This document shows positions 25,303 through 35,234 of a stretch of DNA of 64,000 nucleotides, piece after piece; the first letter of the stretch is position 1, and each line of letters opens with the position of its first letter. This stretch comes from a virus: IMG/VR virus record IMGVR_UViG_3300045988_154953; one strand, written 5' to 3'. The position numbers and the translations under genes were made by a program. The notes below the pieces were generated by a model, which saw nothing but the letters and a program-made list of their open reading frames with translations, was not told the origin of the DNA and did not search any database.

Positions 25303-25608
25303 ATGATTATTACAGGAATGGATCACTTTCAGAGTGTATGTAAAAAGAAACTTGTTGAGTGGTACAACAATAGTGTTAAATGGCGCAACAATAATAGACG
25401 AGTAGATGCTCCCCAGATACCACAGATTGATTTAAGTAATGTATTTATTGTTTGGTCATGTAAGACTTTGCAGAATTACAAGTGCCTTGCATCAACTACC
25501 GTCAGTGGAGATGGAATCTATGCTGAATATACATACAATGGTGACAAACAGGAGCTGTATGAAGATGTGTACAAGAAGCTGACGAATACTTGTCATACAA
25601 AGGAATAG
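25303..25608 (+). CDS. hypothetical protein, intact paralog of the IS-disrupted gene at 4743/6231
   Basis: Shares ..VFIVWSCKTLQN.K.L.STTV..DG.Y.E.TYNGDK.ELY.D.YKK with the split gene. Confidence 0.65.
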   Translation: MIITGMDHFQSVCKKKLVEWYNNSVKWRNNNRRVDAPQIPQIDLSNVFIVWSCKTLQNYKCLASTTVSGDGIYAEYTYNGDKQELYEDVYKKLTNTCHTKE

Positions 25609-25720
25609 ATGAAATTTTATAAAATTGGTATCTCCTAAAACCATTAGAAAATAAGGGATTTAGAAATCAAAAAAGTGAACAAATCATATTATACGATTAG
25701 TTGGAAAGAGGTAAAATAAT

Positions 25721-25981
25721 ATGCCAGAGAAATTTTCAGTACAAGTCAAGAAAATAAATATTCAAGAATTTAATACTCAAATACAGAATTTTGAAAAATA
25801 TAATGATTTCAAACCATATATTTTTGTAAATCACGAAACAATAAAAGAATTAGATTCTATTATTGGAAGTGGAAGTGAACTTTGTACCTTTAAGGAATCT
25901 AATTGTTTTGTAGGAAAATTCACAGGACATAAAGTATATCAGGATAACACGTTAGGATATGGCGAGGTTGAATTGAGGTGA
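25721..25981 (+). CDS. hypothetical protein
   Basis: ORF. Confidence 0.55.
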   Translation: MPEKFSVQVKKINIQEFNTQIQNFEKYNDFKPYIFVNHETIKELDSIIGSGSELCTFKESNCFVGKFTGHKVYQDNTLGYGEVELR

Positions 25982-25985
25982 GAAT

Positions 25986-26354
25986 TTGAGTTGTAAGTAT
26001 CCAGAAAATAGTAGAAGTTATATGTTTTGTATTGGATGTAAAGAAGCAGATTCTTGTTCAAGTTCAACATTCAACATTCCAATGCCAGATAATGTAAAGC
26101 CACCAAAAAATTCTATTCCAACAGCTGCTGAAGCAAAAAATGTAACTGAGTTGGCTATAGAGAATTCTATCACCAAACAATTAGAAGAATTATCATTTAA
26201 AATAAATACAGCAATTCATAAAGGAAAATATGACATTACAAACGATGGTATTTTGGATCTAGAAGTAAAAAGAAGATTAGAAGATCTCGGTTATAATATT
26301 ACAATTGGGAATCAATATAACGAATCATATTATACGATTAGTTGGAAAGGATGA
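25986..26354 (+). CDS. hypothetical protein
   Basis: ORF with TTG start. Its 3' end carries the second copy of a 27-bp direct repeat. Confidence 0.55.
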   Translation: MSCKYPENSRSYMFCIGCKEADSCSSSTFNIPMPDNVKPPKNSIPTAAEAKNVTELAIENSITKQLEELSFKINTAIHKGKYDITNDGILDLEVKRRLEDLGYNITIGNQYNESYYTISWKG

Positions 26355-26359
26355 AAATA

Positions 26360-26593
26360 ATGAAGCCATTAATTTATTTCGATTTTGAAGAATGTAGTGA
26401 TAAAGATAGCGTAATAATCAAAAAATGTAGATTAGAGGAAATTTTAGATGAAGTATATCAGGCTGGATGTGAAGATGGGATGAGAGGATATCCGATTTCT
26501 AAATATACTTATACCACAACAAATAATAAATTAAAAATCAATAGTGATGCTCTTGGTAAAAGGTCTGATATTGAATTTACATGTAATGGATAA
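26360..26593 (+). CDS. hypothetical protein
   Basis: Same frame as the track ORF 26342. The ATG at 26360 has the best RBS spacing, but the start is uncertain. Confidence 0.5.
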   Translation: MKPLIYFDFEECSDKDSVIIKKCRLEEILDEVYQAGCEDGMRGYPISKYTYTTTNNKLKINSDALGKRSDIEFTCNG

Positions 26594-26633
26594 TATTTTA
26601 GATGAAAGCGTTGTTTCAACTGGTGCATTTTTA

Positions 26634-26807
26634 TGGAAAAAGTTATAAATGGACGAAAAATCATTGAAATTGCTTTAAATCCTATGTATACGACAAATGA
26701 TGATTATAAAAGCCTGGAAAATCAAGGATTTAGAGTACGTTGGATGGAAGAGAATGAAGGTAATGATAAAAATATTTTTCAACTTATAGTTGATGAAAAC
26801 CAATGAA
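26634..26807 (+). CDS. hypothetical protein (57 aa, below the track cutoff)
   Basis: ATG ORF (MEKVINGRKIIEIAL..) filling an otherwise empty gap. Confidence 0.4.
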
Positions 26808-26820
26808 AGGTTGATTTCAA

Positions 26821-27009
26821 ATGAAAAGGTTAATTAATTATATACGAAGTTGCTTTTGCAAACATGACTGGGAATTAATTTTTGATACTTATGCATATGG
26901 AGAACATTTAGATGGAACACCTTATAAATATCCATTATATCGTATGAAAACTTATCGTTGTAAAAAATGTGGAATAGAGAAGAAATATAAAAGCTGTGAT
27001 AACAGTTGA
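26821..27009 (+). CDS. small zinc-ribbon protein
   Basis: CxxH..CxxC pattern. Confidence 0.5.
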   Translation: MKRLINYIRSCFCKHDWELIFDTYAYGEHLDGTPYKYPLYRMKTYRCKKCGIEKKYKSCDNS

Positions 27010-27054
27010 AAGAAATCTTTCATGGGATGTGTGAAAGAATGGTGGTAAATTAAA

Positions 27055-28386
27055 ATGGAGGCTATGAACTGGAACCCGGTATTAAGCAAGTTTGTAGAAA
27101 TTAAAAATGAATTCAAAAAGAAACTTGGATATATAACTTACTATTATACTGAAGGTTACACAAACGAATCTCAAACTTGTTTAGAAAGATGGGTAGAATA
27201 TTTAAATGGTATTAAGCCGTTTAATCAATATCAAGAGTATGCAGATTTGCTTTCATGTCTTGAATTAAATCAATATGGAGATTTTCTTCTTTTAAGATAT
27301 GGAAGATATAGTAACATTTATGATGGTGAAATTGAAAAGTCTGGTGAGGATTTTTGGGATAGATATGAGGGTTTTTACAGAGAATGTAGAAGTATAGTAA
27401 TTGATGTAAAAAATGATTGTATTGTACTTTGCCCATTTCGCAAATTTTTTAATCTAAATGAGTTAGAAGAAACTAGTGAAGAAAACATTAATAAAAGAAT
27501 TGAGAACGCATCACTTATAGAATTTTCAAATAAATTAGATGGATCGATGCAAACAGCTACATGGTACGATGGTAAAATTATTATGGCTGGAAGTCAAGCA
27601 ATAAATCCAGAAAAATCGTGGAGATTACAGGATGGATACAGAATGATTCAAGCGTTGCCTGGATATGAGCAAATGCTTAAAATGCATCCTAACTTTACAT
27701 TTATATTTGAATATATCTCTTTGGCCGATGCTCATGTAGTAAAATATAAAAAAGAGCAAGAAGGTCTATATCTTATTGGTATTAGAGATAATTTAACAGG
27801 ACATGAACTTAGTTATCGTAAGGTGATAGATATTGCTAATCATTTTAATATTCCAACAACGGTATTATTTGATAAAACACTTGGACAAATCTTAAATGAA
27901 TTAGATAACAAAAGTTCAGAAGAAGCAGAAGGCTTTGTTATTAACATTGATGAATATAAAGTTAAAGTGAAATATAATGATTATGTACATATTCATAAAG
28001 CACTGTCTAAACTCTCTTCAATAAATCTTATTATTCGTTCTATTGCAGATGATCAGTACGATGATCTCTTATCTAAACTTCCAGCAGCTTATCATGATAG
28101 TGTAAAAAAAGTAGCTGCTATCGTATTCAGATATATAAAAGATACAGAACGAACTTCTAACGAATATTTTCAGCAAGCTCCAAAAACTAGTCAAAAAGAA
28201 TTCATGATCTGGATTGATAGAAATGTTCCTAAAAAGTTCCGTGGATTTTGTAGGGAATTGTATTTTGGAAACGAAATTAATGTAATTAAATTCAATCAAT
28301 CTGGAGATCCAAAATATTTAAAATTAAATCAAATGGGAGTAAATGATTACTCTACATTATTCACACAGGAGGAAGAAAATGAGTAA
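27055..28386 (+). CDS. ATP-dependent RNA ligase (T4 Rnl1-like)
   Basis: Nucleotidyl-transferase motif I KLDGS and EGFV(I) motif. Size and layout fit phage RNA ligases. Confidence 0.7.
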   Translation: MEAMNWNPVLSKFVEIKNEFKKKLGYITYYYTEGYTNESQTCLERWVEYLNGIKPFNQYQEYADLLSCLELNQYGDFLLLRYGRYSNIYDGEIEKSGEDFWDRYEGFYRECRSIVIDVKNDCIVLCPFRKFFNLNELEETSEENINKRIENASLIEFSNKLDGSMQTATWYDGKIIMAGSQAINPEKSWRLQDGYRMIQALPGYEQMLKMHPNFTFIFEYISLADAHVVKYKKEQEGLYLIGIRDNLTGHELSYRKVIDIANHFNIPTTVLFDKTLGQILNELDNKSSEEAEGFVINIDEYKVKVKYNDYVHIHKALSKLSSINLIIRSIADDQYDDLLSKLPAAYHDSVKKVAAIVFRYIKDTERTSNEYFQQAPKTSQKEFMIWIDRNVPKKFRGFCRELYFGNEINVIKFNQSGDPKYLKLNQMGVNDYSTLFTQEEENE

Positions 28387-29269
28387 ACCTATACTTTGGG
28401 TTATGGTAGGACTTTCGGGAAGCGGTAAGTCAACGATTGCTAAAAAAATTGCTGCTGATAATCCTAATACACTAATAATATCGTCAGATAATATTCGTGA
28501 AGAAATAACCGGTGATTATGAAGACCAGGAACATAACGCAGAAGTATTTAATATTTTTCATGATAGAATTCTCAAGAATCTTGAAAATAAACAGAACGTC
28601 GTAGCCGATGCTACAAATCTTACAATAAAATCCCGTAGATCAATTTTGAATAAAGTGAATGGATTAGATATTGAGAAAATATGTGTTATTATTCCAAAAC
28701 CATTTGAAAAGTGTAAAGAAGATAATTTACATAGAGAGCATCCTGTACCAGAAGATGTATTAAATAAACAGCTCAGAAGATTTCAAGTACCATTTAAAGA
28801 AGAAGGGTGGAATGAAATTAAAATCCATTATTTACAAAAAGATGGATATGAACCAAATGAGATTCGTTTCTTAGATATGGAAAGTTTTGATCAGAAGAAC
28901 CCGCATCATACTATGGATTTACTTGAGCATTGTACACATGCAACAGACATGTTTATCGAAAAACACAAATATTCGCCAGAATTTATAATTGGTGCTTTAT
29001 ATCATGATATTGGTAAGCTGTACACACAAACATTTGATGAAAACGGTATAGCTCATTACTACCAGCATCATGCGGTCGGTTCATATTTGTATTTTACTAG
29101 TATGTATCCAATAGGGAATCCTGTATTAGATACATGTTTTCTTATCAACTATCATATGATGCCATTTAGTTGGGAAAGCGATAAGTCAAAGAAAAAGTGG
29201 AAAAAGATATTTGGTAATTATAAATATCAAATGCTTTTAGATTTTAATGAATGTGACAAGGCGAGATAG
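28379..29269 (+). CDS. polynucleotide kinase (P-loop) fused to an HD-domain phosphohydrolase
   Basis: GLSGSGKST Walker A at the N-terminus. HHTMDLLEH and YHDIGK (HD motif) in the C-terminal half. ATG at 28379 after AGGAGGAAG overlaps the ligase stop. Confidence 0.7.
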   Translation: MSKPILWVMVGLSGSGKSTIAKKIAADNPNTLIISSDNIREEITGDYEDQEHNAEVFNIFHDRILKNLENKQNVVADATNLTIKSRRSILNKVNGLDIEKICVIIPKPFEKCKEDNLHREHPVPEDVLNKQLRRFQVPFKEEGWNEIKIHYLQKDGYEPNEIRFLDMESFDQKNPHHTMDLLEHCTHATDMFIEKHKYSPEFIIGALYHDIGKLYTQTFDENGIAHYYQHHAVGSYLYFTSMYPIGNPVLDTCFLINYHMMPFSWESDKSKKKWKKIFGNYKYQMLLDFNECDKAR

Positions 29270-29350
29270 GGATAATAGAACAGTAAAGGATATGATCTAT
29301 GAACTTATTAAGACATGTAGTGGTTCACAAGTGAGTAGGAGTGAAGCGAA

Positions 29351-29737
29351 TTGACGTTTGAAGAAAAAATACATGAATGTTGTCTACGATCAGATATAGC
29401 ATATGAAAAAATTCTTTTTTCTCCATGTGAAAAAGATTTGTATATCTTATATCCATCAGAATTAGCAAATGAACAGATTATTAAAGACAACATTCCAAAG
29501 ATGCTAAAAGTAATTAGAGAATATATAAAAGAGTCTGAGTTATATAATGGATACATGAATAGAGTTGATAAGTTTCATTTTGATTCACAGAAAACAGCAA
29601 TGATAAATGAAACGCATAGGCATCAAGAAAAAGCAGATGAACTGGCAGAAATTATGAATGAAGGAATTAGTCCTTATGCTTGGTATTATTATGATGTCAT
29701 GCAATATGGATATATTGTGTATTTAGATAATATTTAA
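29351..29737 (+). CDS. hypothetical protein
   Basis: ORF with TTG start after AGGAGTGAAG. Confidence 0.5.
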   Translation: MTFEEKIHECCLRSDIAYEKILFSPCEKDLYILYPSELANEQIIKDNIPKMLKVIREYIKESELYNGYMNRVDKFHFDSQKTAMINETHRHQEKADELAEIMNEGISPYAWYYYDVMQYGYIVYLDNI

Positions 29738-29751
29738 GGAGGGAACTAACA

Positions 29752-29934
29752 ATGGCAGAAGCAACAAGATTATGTCCAGTTTGTAGGACAATCATGAAAT
29801 CAGCAGCTTACAAGGTTGGAAAACAAGATGGAGTTGAAAGATTGGAAAATAATATTTTTACACCTGATGGTGTTGGTATTATCGGAAAACTTTTAGTATG
29901 TCCGAAATGTGGGAATGTAGCAGTGGTGAAATAA
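29752..29934 (+). CDS. small zinc-ribbon protein
   Basis: CPVC..CPKC. RBS AGGAGGG. Confidence 0.6.
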   Translation: MAEATRLCPVCRTIMKSAAYKVGKQDGVERLENNIFTPDGVGIIGKLLVCPKCGNVAVVK

Positions 29935-29937
29935 AGT

Positions 29938-30357
29938 ATGGAGAAAATAATTAGATATATGTGCGATTACTGCGGTGAATTGTTTAGCTCAGAAGATCGG
30001 TGTTTGGAACATGAAGAGTCACACGGGAAATCAGAAAAAGCCAATGAGATGCTTGATGCCGGTAATACGCTTGAAGAGATAAATACAGAATGCCATTTGT
30101 GGTCTGAAATACCTGATTATTTAAAGAATGTGACAAAAGATAATTGTTTCGTTATTAGTTATTGGCAATGTTGTGAAAAACCAGCTTACAGAATAGTTTC
30201 TATCACTCATAAAGGAAAATTGAGATTATTTGGTTGTGGTTCTTGGTCAGGTTATTACGGTAGTGAGTTAAATATCAGTGATAATAATTTAAAAAATCCA
30301 AGACTAAAAGAAGAGTTATTTGTTGATCCAAGATACGAAGAATTGTATGGATATTAG
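29938..30357 (+). CDS. hypothetical protein with an N-terminal C2H2-like zinc finger
   Basis: CDYCG..HEESH. Confidence 0.55.
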   Translation: MEKIIRYMCDYCGELFSSEDRCLEHEESHGKSEKANEMLDAGNTLEEINTECHLWSEIPDYLKNVTKDNCFVISYWQCCEKPAYRIVSITHKGKLRLFGCGSWSGYYGSELNISDNNLKNPRLKEELFVDPRYEELYGY

Positions 30358-30366
30358 GAGTTTATT

Positions 30367-30663
30367 ATGAAAATTAAATCAGATGGTTATTTTGGAGAAA
30401 ACATAACATTTACATGCGATCATTGTGCATGTATGTATGAAGTTGAATCAAAAGATGATTGGAAAATAAATCAAATTTCAACTCTAGCAGATTATGGTTT
30501 CAAAAAGATTCCAGAATACAATGTTGTTTGTCCAAAATGTAAGTGTGAAAAATATTTAGGTTTTCAGACAACAGATGTGCCATTCATGATTAATGGAATT
30601 ATTGACATTTTATCAGAGCGAAAAGATTGGGAAACAAGATTTCAAGTAAAATTAGAGGGTTAA
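30367..30663 (+). CDS. small zinc-ribbon protein
   Basis: CDHC..CPKC. Confidence 0.55.
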   Translation: MKIKSDGYFGENITFTCDHCACMYEVESKDDWKINQISTLADYGFKKIPEYNVVCPKCKCEKYLGFQTTDVPFMINGIIDILSERKDWETRFQVKLEG

Positions 30664-31106
30664 TGAATATGGAATTAGTTAATATAAATTTATTCGCTGA
30701 AGGATTTTATTCAGGAAGTATATATGAAGATAATATTTGGATCAAAAAATCTTCATATGAAAAATTAACAGATAATTTTCCAACTGAAATTTACATCGGT
30801 GATTTAGATGGGAAATATAGTGAAGTAGAAGGTAATATTAAAATTCAAAATTATTGGCACACAGATGAAGAATATGCGAAAAGCCTGTCAGACCATGAAA
30901 ATGACGGTGATTACCTTAAAGATTCTTTGATCAATTTATACGAAGAAAATGGTCTTGACTGGGAAGCGGAGCAACAAGAAATCAAAGAATATTTTGATGG
31001 TATTGATGTTTGGAAAACCATAGAAGTTTTTATCCTATCCAGCAAAGTCGATAAATTAAATAAATTCGTTAAAACTTTAATAAATCAAGGTAATAATAAT
31101 GATTGA
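30663..31106 (+). CDS. hypothetical acidic protein
   Basis: ATG overlaps the upstream TAA (TAATG). Confidence 0.55.
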   Translation: MNMELVNINLFAEGFYSGSIYEDNIWIKKSSYEKLTDNFPTEIYIGDLDGKYSEVEGNIKIQNYWHTDEEYAKSLSDHENDGDYLKDSLINLYEENGLDWEAEQQEIKEYFDGIDVWKTIEVFILSSKVDKLNKFVKTLINQGNNND

Positions 31107-31299
31107 TACAGAAATTAAATTAAGAGGATCTGCCGCAAAAGAATTTCATAAGATGATGACTTCCGTGGATATTGATTCACTGAATGCAAGAGATAAATTC
31201 ATTTCAAATTTGAATTATGATGTTGATGAAAATGGCATACTATCAATTGATATCTATGATTTAGATATTGATTTAAGTGTTATGCAAAATGAGTTTTAG
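31099..31299 (+). CDS. hypothetical protein
   Basis: ORF. Confidence 0.5.
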   Translation: MIDTEIKLRGSAAKEFHKMMTSVDIDSLNARDKFISNLNYDVDENGILSIDIYDLDIDLSVMQNEF

Positions 31300-31320
31300 T
31301 AGAGTAAACGAGGTAAATAT

Positions 31321-31542
31321 ATGGTAGGTACATTAAAAGAAATCACAGAAAATTATGAAAAACTACATAGACTTGAGATGATAAATACTATTCTTAGAAG
31401 GACATCAGAATATGTCAGCGATATAGTAGGAAGAGTATGTGATGATTTCGATGATTGCGAAGAATTTGAGGATTATATCACAGAGAGTGTGATTAAACAT
31501 GTCAAAGAAAATTTTGAAGTTTTAGAAAAATATATTAAATAA
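31321..31542 (+). CDS. hypothetical acidic protein
   Basis: ORF. Confidence 0.5.
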   Translation: MVGTLKEITENYEKLHRLEMINTILRRTSEYVSDIVGRVCDDFDDCEEFEDYITESVIKHVKENFEVLEKYIK

Positions 31543-31561
31543 ATACAAATGGAGAAAAATT

Positions 31562-31828
31562 ATGGAAATGATTTGTGTTGCCAAATGTACAGCGATTCAT
31601 AAAGAATCTAAGGCTCAGGGATTCTCCACTTTAAAAGTTGGAGATGTTGTTTACTTTTCAGCTGAACTTGCTGCCACTGGAAGAAGTAACAATGGAACAT
31701 ATGCAGCGTATGTTTGTATCGAAAATGAAAGAACATCAGAAATAGGGTATAAATCTTTTAATGAGCTTGGACGTTTACTTAGTAACTTCGAATTCGAACA
31801 GCTAAATGATAAAGAGGTAACTATATGA
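31562..31828 (+). CDS. hypothetical protein
   Basis: ORF. Confidence 0.5.
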   Translation: MEMICVAKCTAIHKESKAQGFSTLKVGDVVYFSAELAATGRSNNGTYAAYVCIENERTSEIGYKSFNELGRLLSNFEFEQLNDKEVTI

Positions 31829-32040
31829 AAATTCTAACAAGATTATTTACGAAGAATTTCACAAAACTTCCTCTGTTTTGGGTTACATTCAACTGGCAGC
31901 TATTCAAAACGAATGGCTCCAGAGGTTCTTGTATGTGTCATACCCATCCATGTTTAAAAAATGATGAACACATTATAAAAACTTTGAACGGATTATGTGA
32001 TTACGTCAGAGAAAATTATGATATGAGGAAGCTGATTTAA
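31825..32040 (+). CDS. hypothetical protein
   Basis: ORF with ATGA overlap. Confidence 0.5.
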   Translation: MKILTRLFTKNFTKLPLFWVTFNWQLFKTNGSRGSCMCHTHPCLKNDEHIIKTLNGLCDYVRENYDMRKLI

Positions 32041-32076
32041 GTAGATAAAACTAAATTTCAACAGGAGGATTAATTT

Positions 32077-32493
32077 ATGAAAAGACAAATTAGACGCGGA
32101 GTATTTGAAACAAATTCATCAAGTACTCATTCACTTACAATCTGCACCGAAGAAGAATTTGAACAGTGGAAAGAAGGAAAACTCCTTTTTAATGAATATA
32201 ATAATACGCATTTTGTAAAAGCAAATAAATTATCGGATTATGATAAGAAATGTGCCGCTCAGCATTATGAAGATAATAAAGATGAATTTTACAAAGATTG
32301 GTCGGATTTATCTCAGTCAGAAAAAGAAAAATATTATACAAAATATGCAAAAGAGAATTACATTGCAAATGAGGATGATGAAACTTATGAAGAATGGAGG
32401 CACGATGATTACCTTGAAATTTTTGTAAGTAAATATACAAGTAAAAGTGGTGATAAAATCGTTGCATTTGGTAAATATGGATACGATGGTTAA
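32077..32493 (+). CDS. hypothetical protein (FETNSSSTHS N-terminal motif)
   Basis: ORF with RBS AGGAGGA. Confidence 0.55.
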   Translation: MKRQIRRGVFETNSSSTHSLTICTEEEFEQWKEGKLLFNEYNNTHFVKANKLSDYDKKCAAQHYEDNKDEFYKDWSDLSQSEKEKYYTKYAKENYIANEDDETYEEWRHDDYLEIFVSKYTSKSGDKIVAFGKYGYDG

Positions 32494-32516
32494 TTTAGAT
32501 TAGGAAGATTTTGAGA

Positions 32517-33407
32517 ATGGAATTATTAGGGAGATATAAGAATGGTAATTTTACGACTACCATCTTGAGTAATGGAACAAAGATCAGAGAGACAGACGAG
32601 GATGAATTTATTCCAACTTTTGCAGAAAATATGGATATAAAAATAACAAATTTTTGTGATATTGGATGCCCATTCTGTCATGAAGGTAGTACAACATATG
32701 GAAAGTTTGGGGATATTCTGAATGAGAAATTCATTGATACACTTCATCTGTATCAAGAAGTTGCTCTTGGTGGTGGTGATGCTACAAGTCATCCTGATTT
32801 AATTCCATTTTTACAGAAACTCAAAGATAGAAAAGTTATTGTAAACATGACTGTTAATCAGATCCATTTTGAGAAGAAACAGGAACTTATTAGAAAACTT
32901 GTTAATGAAAAACTTATCTATGGTCTTGGTGTATCTCTTGTAAATCCCACAGAAAATTTTATTAAACTCATTAAACAATATCCAAATGCAGTTATCCATG
33001 TAATCAATGGTGTATTAAAGCTATCAGATGTAGAAGCTTTGGAGAATAATAATCTGAAGATGCTGATTCTTGGATACAAACATCTCAGGCGTGGTGGTGA
33101 CTTTTATACAGAAGATCACGACAATATTGTAACTAAACAGAACTGGTTATATGAAAATCTTGTTAATATTATTGATAAGTTCAAGGTCGTTAGTTTTGAT
33201 AATCTTGCAATTGACCAGTTAAATGTCAAAAGATTAATGACTGATGAAGAGTGGAACGAGTTTTATATGGGAGATGATGGCACAATGACTTACTACATTG
33301 ATATGGTAGAACGTAAATTTGCGAAAAGTTCAACGGCTGCATTTGATAAGAGATACAATTTATTGGATTCAGTTGACGATATGTTTCAAAAAATTGTATC
33401 TGAGTAA
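32517..33407 (+). CDS. radical SAM domain protein
   Basis: CDIGCPFC (CX3CX2C) followed by a GGGD glycine-rich motif. Confidence 0.7.
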   Translation: MELLGRYKNGNFTTTILSNGTKIRETDEDEFIPTFAENMDIKITNFCDIGCPFCHEGSTTYGKFGDILNEKFIDTLHLYQEVALGGGDATSHPDLIPFLQKLKDRKVIVNMTVNQIHFEKKQELIRKLVNEKLIYGLGVSLVNPTENFIKLIKQYPNAVIHVINGVLKLSDVEALENNNLKMLILGYKHLRRGGDFYTEDHDNIVTKQNWLYENLVNIIDKFKVVSFDNLAIDQLNVKRLMTDEEWNEFYMGDDGTMTYYIDMVERKFAKSSTAAFDKRYNLLDSVDDMFQKIVSE

Positions 33408-33437
33408 AATTGCAACAGATGGATTAAGGAGTATTAA

Positions 33438-33800
33438 ATGGATTGGAGAAATAGAAAATATTACGTTGTTACATTTTGTTATAATTCATTTGACATGAGA
33501 ATGAGTTATTTAAAACTTATTCCTAATATTAAGTTTACATATTATAAAAATATTCCAAAACAAATAGATGAGGCTGAGGAACGTGGTAATTATCAATTTA
33601 TGATTGGTGTCCCTCATGATTTTTCTTCCACTGTTGAGTATGAATTGGAAAAAGCAGAAAGAAAAGATCTATATTGTGAATGGAAAGAGATTAAACAAGA
33701 TTTGTCTAAGAAATATCTGGATGTATTTGGCAATCCAATGCCTTATAGAAGATGTGATATAAATCCGAACAAAATGTGTAATCATTGTATGAATTGTTAA
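33438..33800 (+). CDS. hypothetical protein
   Basis: ORF with RBS AAGGAG. Confidence 0.55.
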   Translation: MDWRNRKYYVVTFCYNSFDMRMSYLKLIPNIKFTYYKNIPKQIDEAEERGNYQFMIGVPHDFSSTVEYELEKAERKDLYCEWKEIKQDLSKKYLDVFGNPMPYRRCDINPNKMCNHCMNC

Positions 33801-33845
33801 AATTATTTTTTCATGTAGCGTCATATTCAGACGCATAGAGAGAGT

Positions 33846-34031
33846 ATGAATAATATTAAGAAAAATTCGAGAGGACTTAGAGCAGAATTAAAAGTTTATG
33901 ATGATTTCATAGTTGACAAGGAAGAGTCCGATAAAATTATAGAAGCATTTGCGAATATACCTGAGAAGTATATTGTGACATATGATACGTTATTATATAT
34001 GAGTTCTGCATTGAAAGAAGGTGATGAATAG
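33846..34031 (+). CDS. hypothetical protein
   Basis: ORF. Confidence 0.5.
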   Translation: MNNIKKNSRGLRAELKVYDDFIVDKEESDKIIEAFANIPEKYIVTYDTLLYMSSALKEGDE

Positions 34032-34457
34032 ATGGAGGTATTGGCAAATACGAAATATCAAGATGTTTATAGAATCACAGATGGTGTATTACTTATTGTG
34101 AACAAGTTTTTGTATAAAGATTATTCTAAGAAAACTAAACGTATTGTAGAAGTCAATAACACTGGAAGAGACAATTGTAAAACATACAATAAAGGATGTC
34201 AGTCTTGTCTGAAAGAGTTGAAAAAAGATTATCTTGACACATATGCAACAGTAACAATTCCTAAAGGTACAGTTCTGTATCATGGTTATCCAGTAGAACC
34301 TACAACTAAACCAGAGAATTATATCTATGAGATCAAAACCACAGGAAATTCATTTGGCGGTGATTATAGTGAAGTAATGGATATGATTAATAATGTTTGT
34401 GAAGTTATGGATGAGAATAATTTTGCTGACAATTCATGTTTGAAAGGTGAAAAATAA
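34032..34457 (+). CDS. hypothetical protein
   Basis: ORF. Confidence 0.55.
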   Translation: MEVLANTKYQDVYRITDGVLLIVNKFLYKDYSKKTKRIVEVNNTGRDNCKTYNKGCQSCLKELKKDYLDTYATVTIPKGTVLYHGYPVEPTTKPENYIYEIKTTGNSFGGDYSEVMDMINNVCEVMDENNFADNSCLKGEK

Positions 34458-35014
34458 TGTCTGATTTATATGTATATCTAATTCTTTCAAGAAACAAAGA
34501 TAACAAAGATATTCCTAATTTCAAAGAACGCGCAAAAACTATTTTAGAATATAAAGAAAACGAAGATAGAGTAATCAAAGAATTTCATAAGTTTGCAGCA
34601 GATGGAGTTCCAGGTGAAAGAGCAAGATTGTATCGTTCTGTAAATTCTAGAAACGAAGAAAAGATAAGAGAAGAACTTATTATTAAATTGCTGAGAGACA
34701 AACCAAGTATGACAAAATTAAATAAAACGTTAGCTTCTGTTGCACAGCAAGTCTATAACCGAGACGAAAGTAAATGGTTATTTGATTTTGATGTGGACGA
34801 TGAAGAAAAAGTAGATGATTTTGTTGACGATATTTACTTTTATTCTGAAATAGAAAGTCATGAATTACATAAAACACCACATGGTTACGCAATTGTAGTT
34901 CCTTATGGTTTCGATACAAGAGAGCTTATGGAGAAGTGGAAAAATTATGATATTACGTTGAAGAAAGACGAGTTATTATTTTTAGATATGATTGTGAATG
35001 CTACAAAAGTATAG
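34457..35014 (+). CDS. hypothetical protein
   Basis: ORF. Confidence 0.55.
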   Translation: MSDLYVYLILSRNKDNKDIPNFKERAKTILEYKENEDRVIKEFHKFAADGVPGERARLYRSVNSRNEEKIREELIIKLLRDKPSMTKLNKTLASVAQQVYNRDESKWLFDFDVDDEEKVDDFVDDIYFYSEIESHELHKTPHGYAIVVPYGFDTRELMEKWKNYDITLKKDELLFLDMIVNATKV

Positions 35015-35026
35015 AGGTGAAACATA

Positions 35027-35233
35027 TTGGTAAGTTTACCTAAGAAACCAAGCGCAATACCTTTAGAATATAGAGATGATTGCTGTTTAAGATGCATAAA
35101 ATCTGATGTGTGTAAATACAAAGAACAATTCAAAAATGCTCGTTATATTATGAAAAAGGCACTAGAAGGAAACAATTCTTTCTCTCAGCTGTTAGATATT
35201 GTAGATATTACGTGTAAGAAAATAAAGTTTTGA
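35027..35233 (+). CDS. hypothetical Cys-rich protein
   Basis: ORF with TTG start after GAGGTGA. Confidence 0.5.
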   Translation: MVSLPKKPSAIPLEYRDDCCLRCIKSDVCKYKEQFKNARYIMKKALEGNNSFSQLLDIVDITCKKIKF

Positions 35234-35234
35234 G

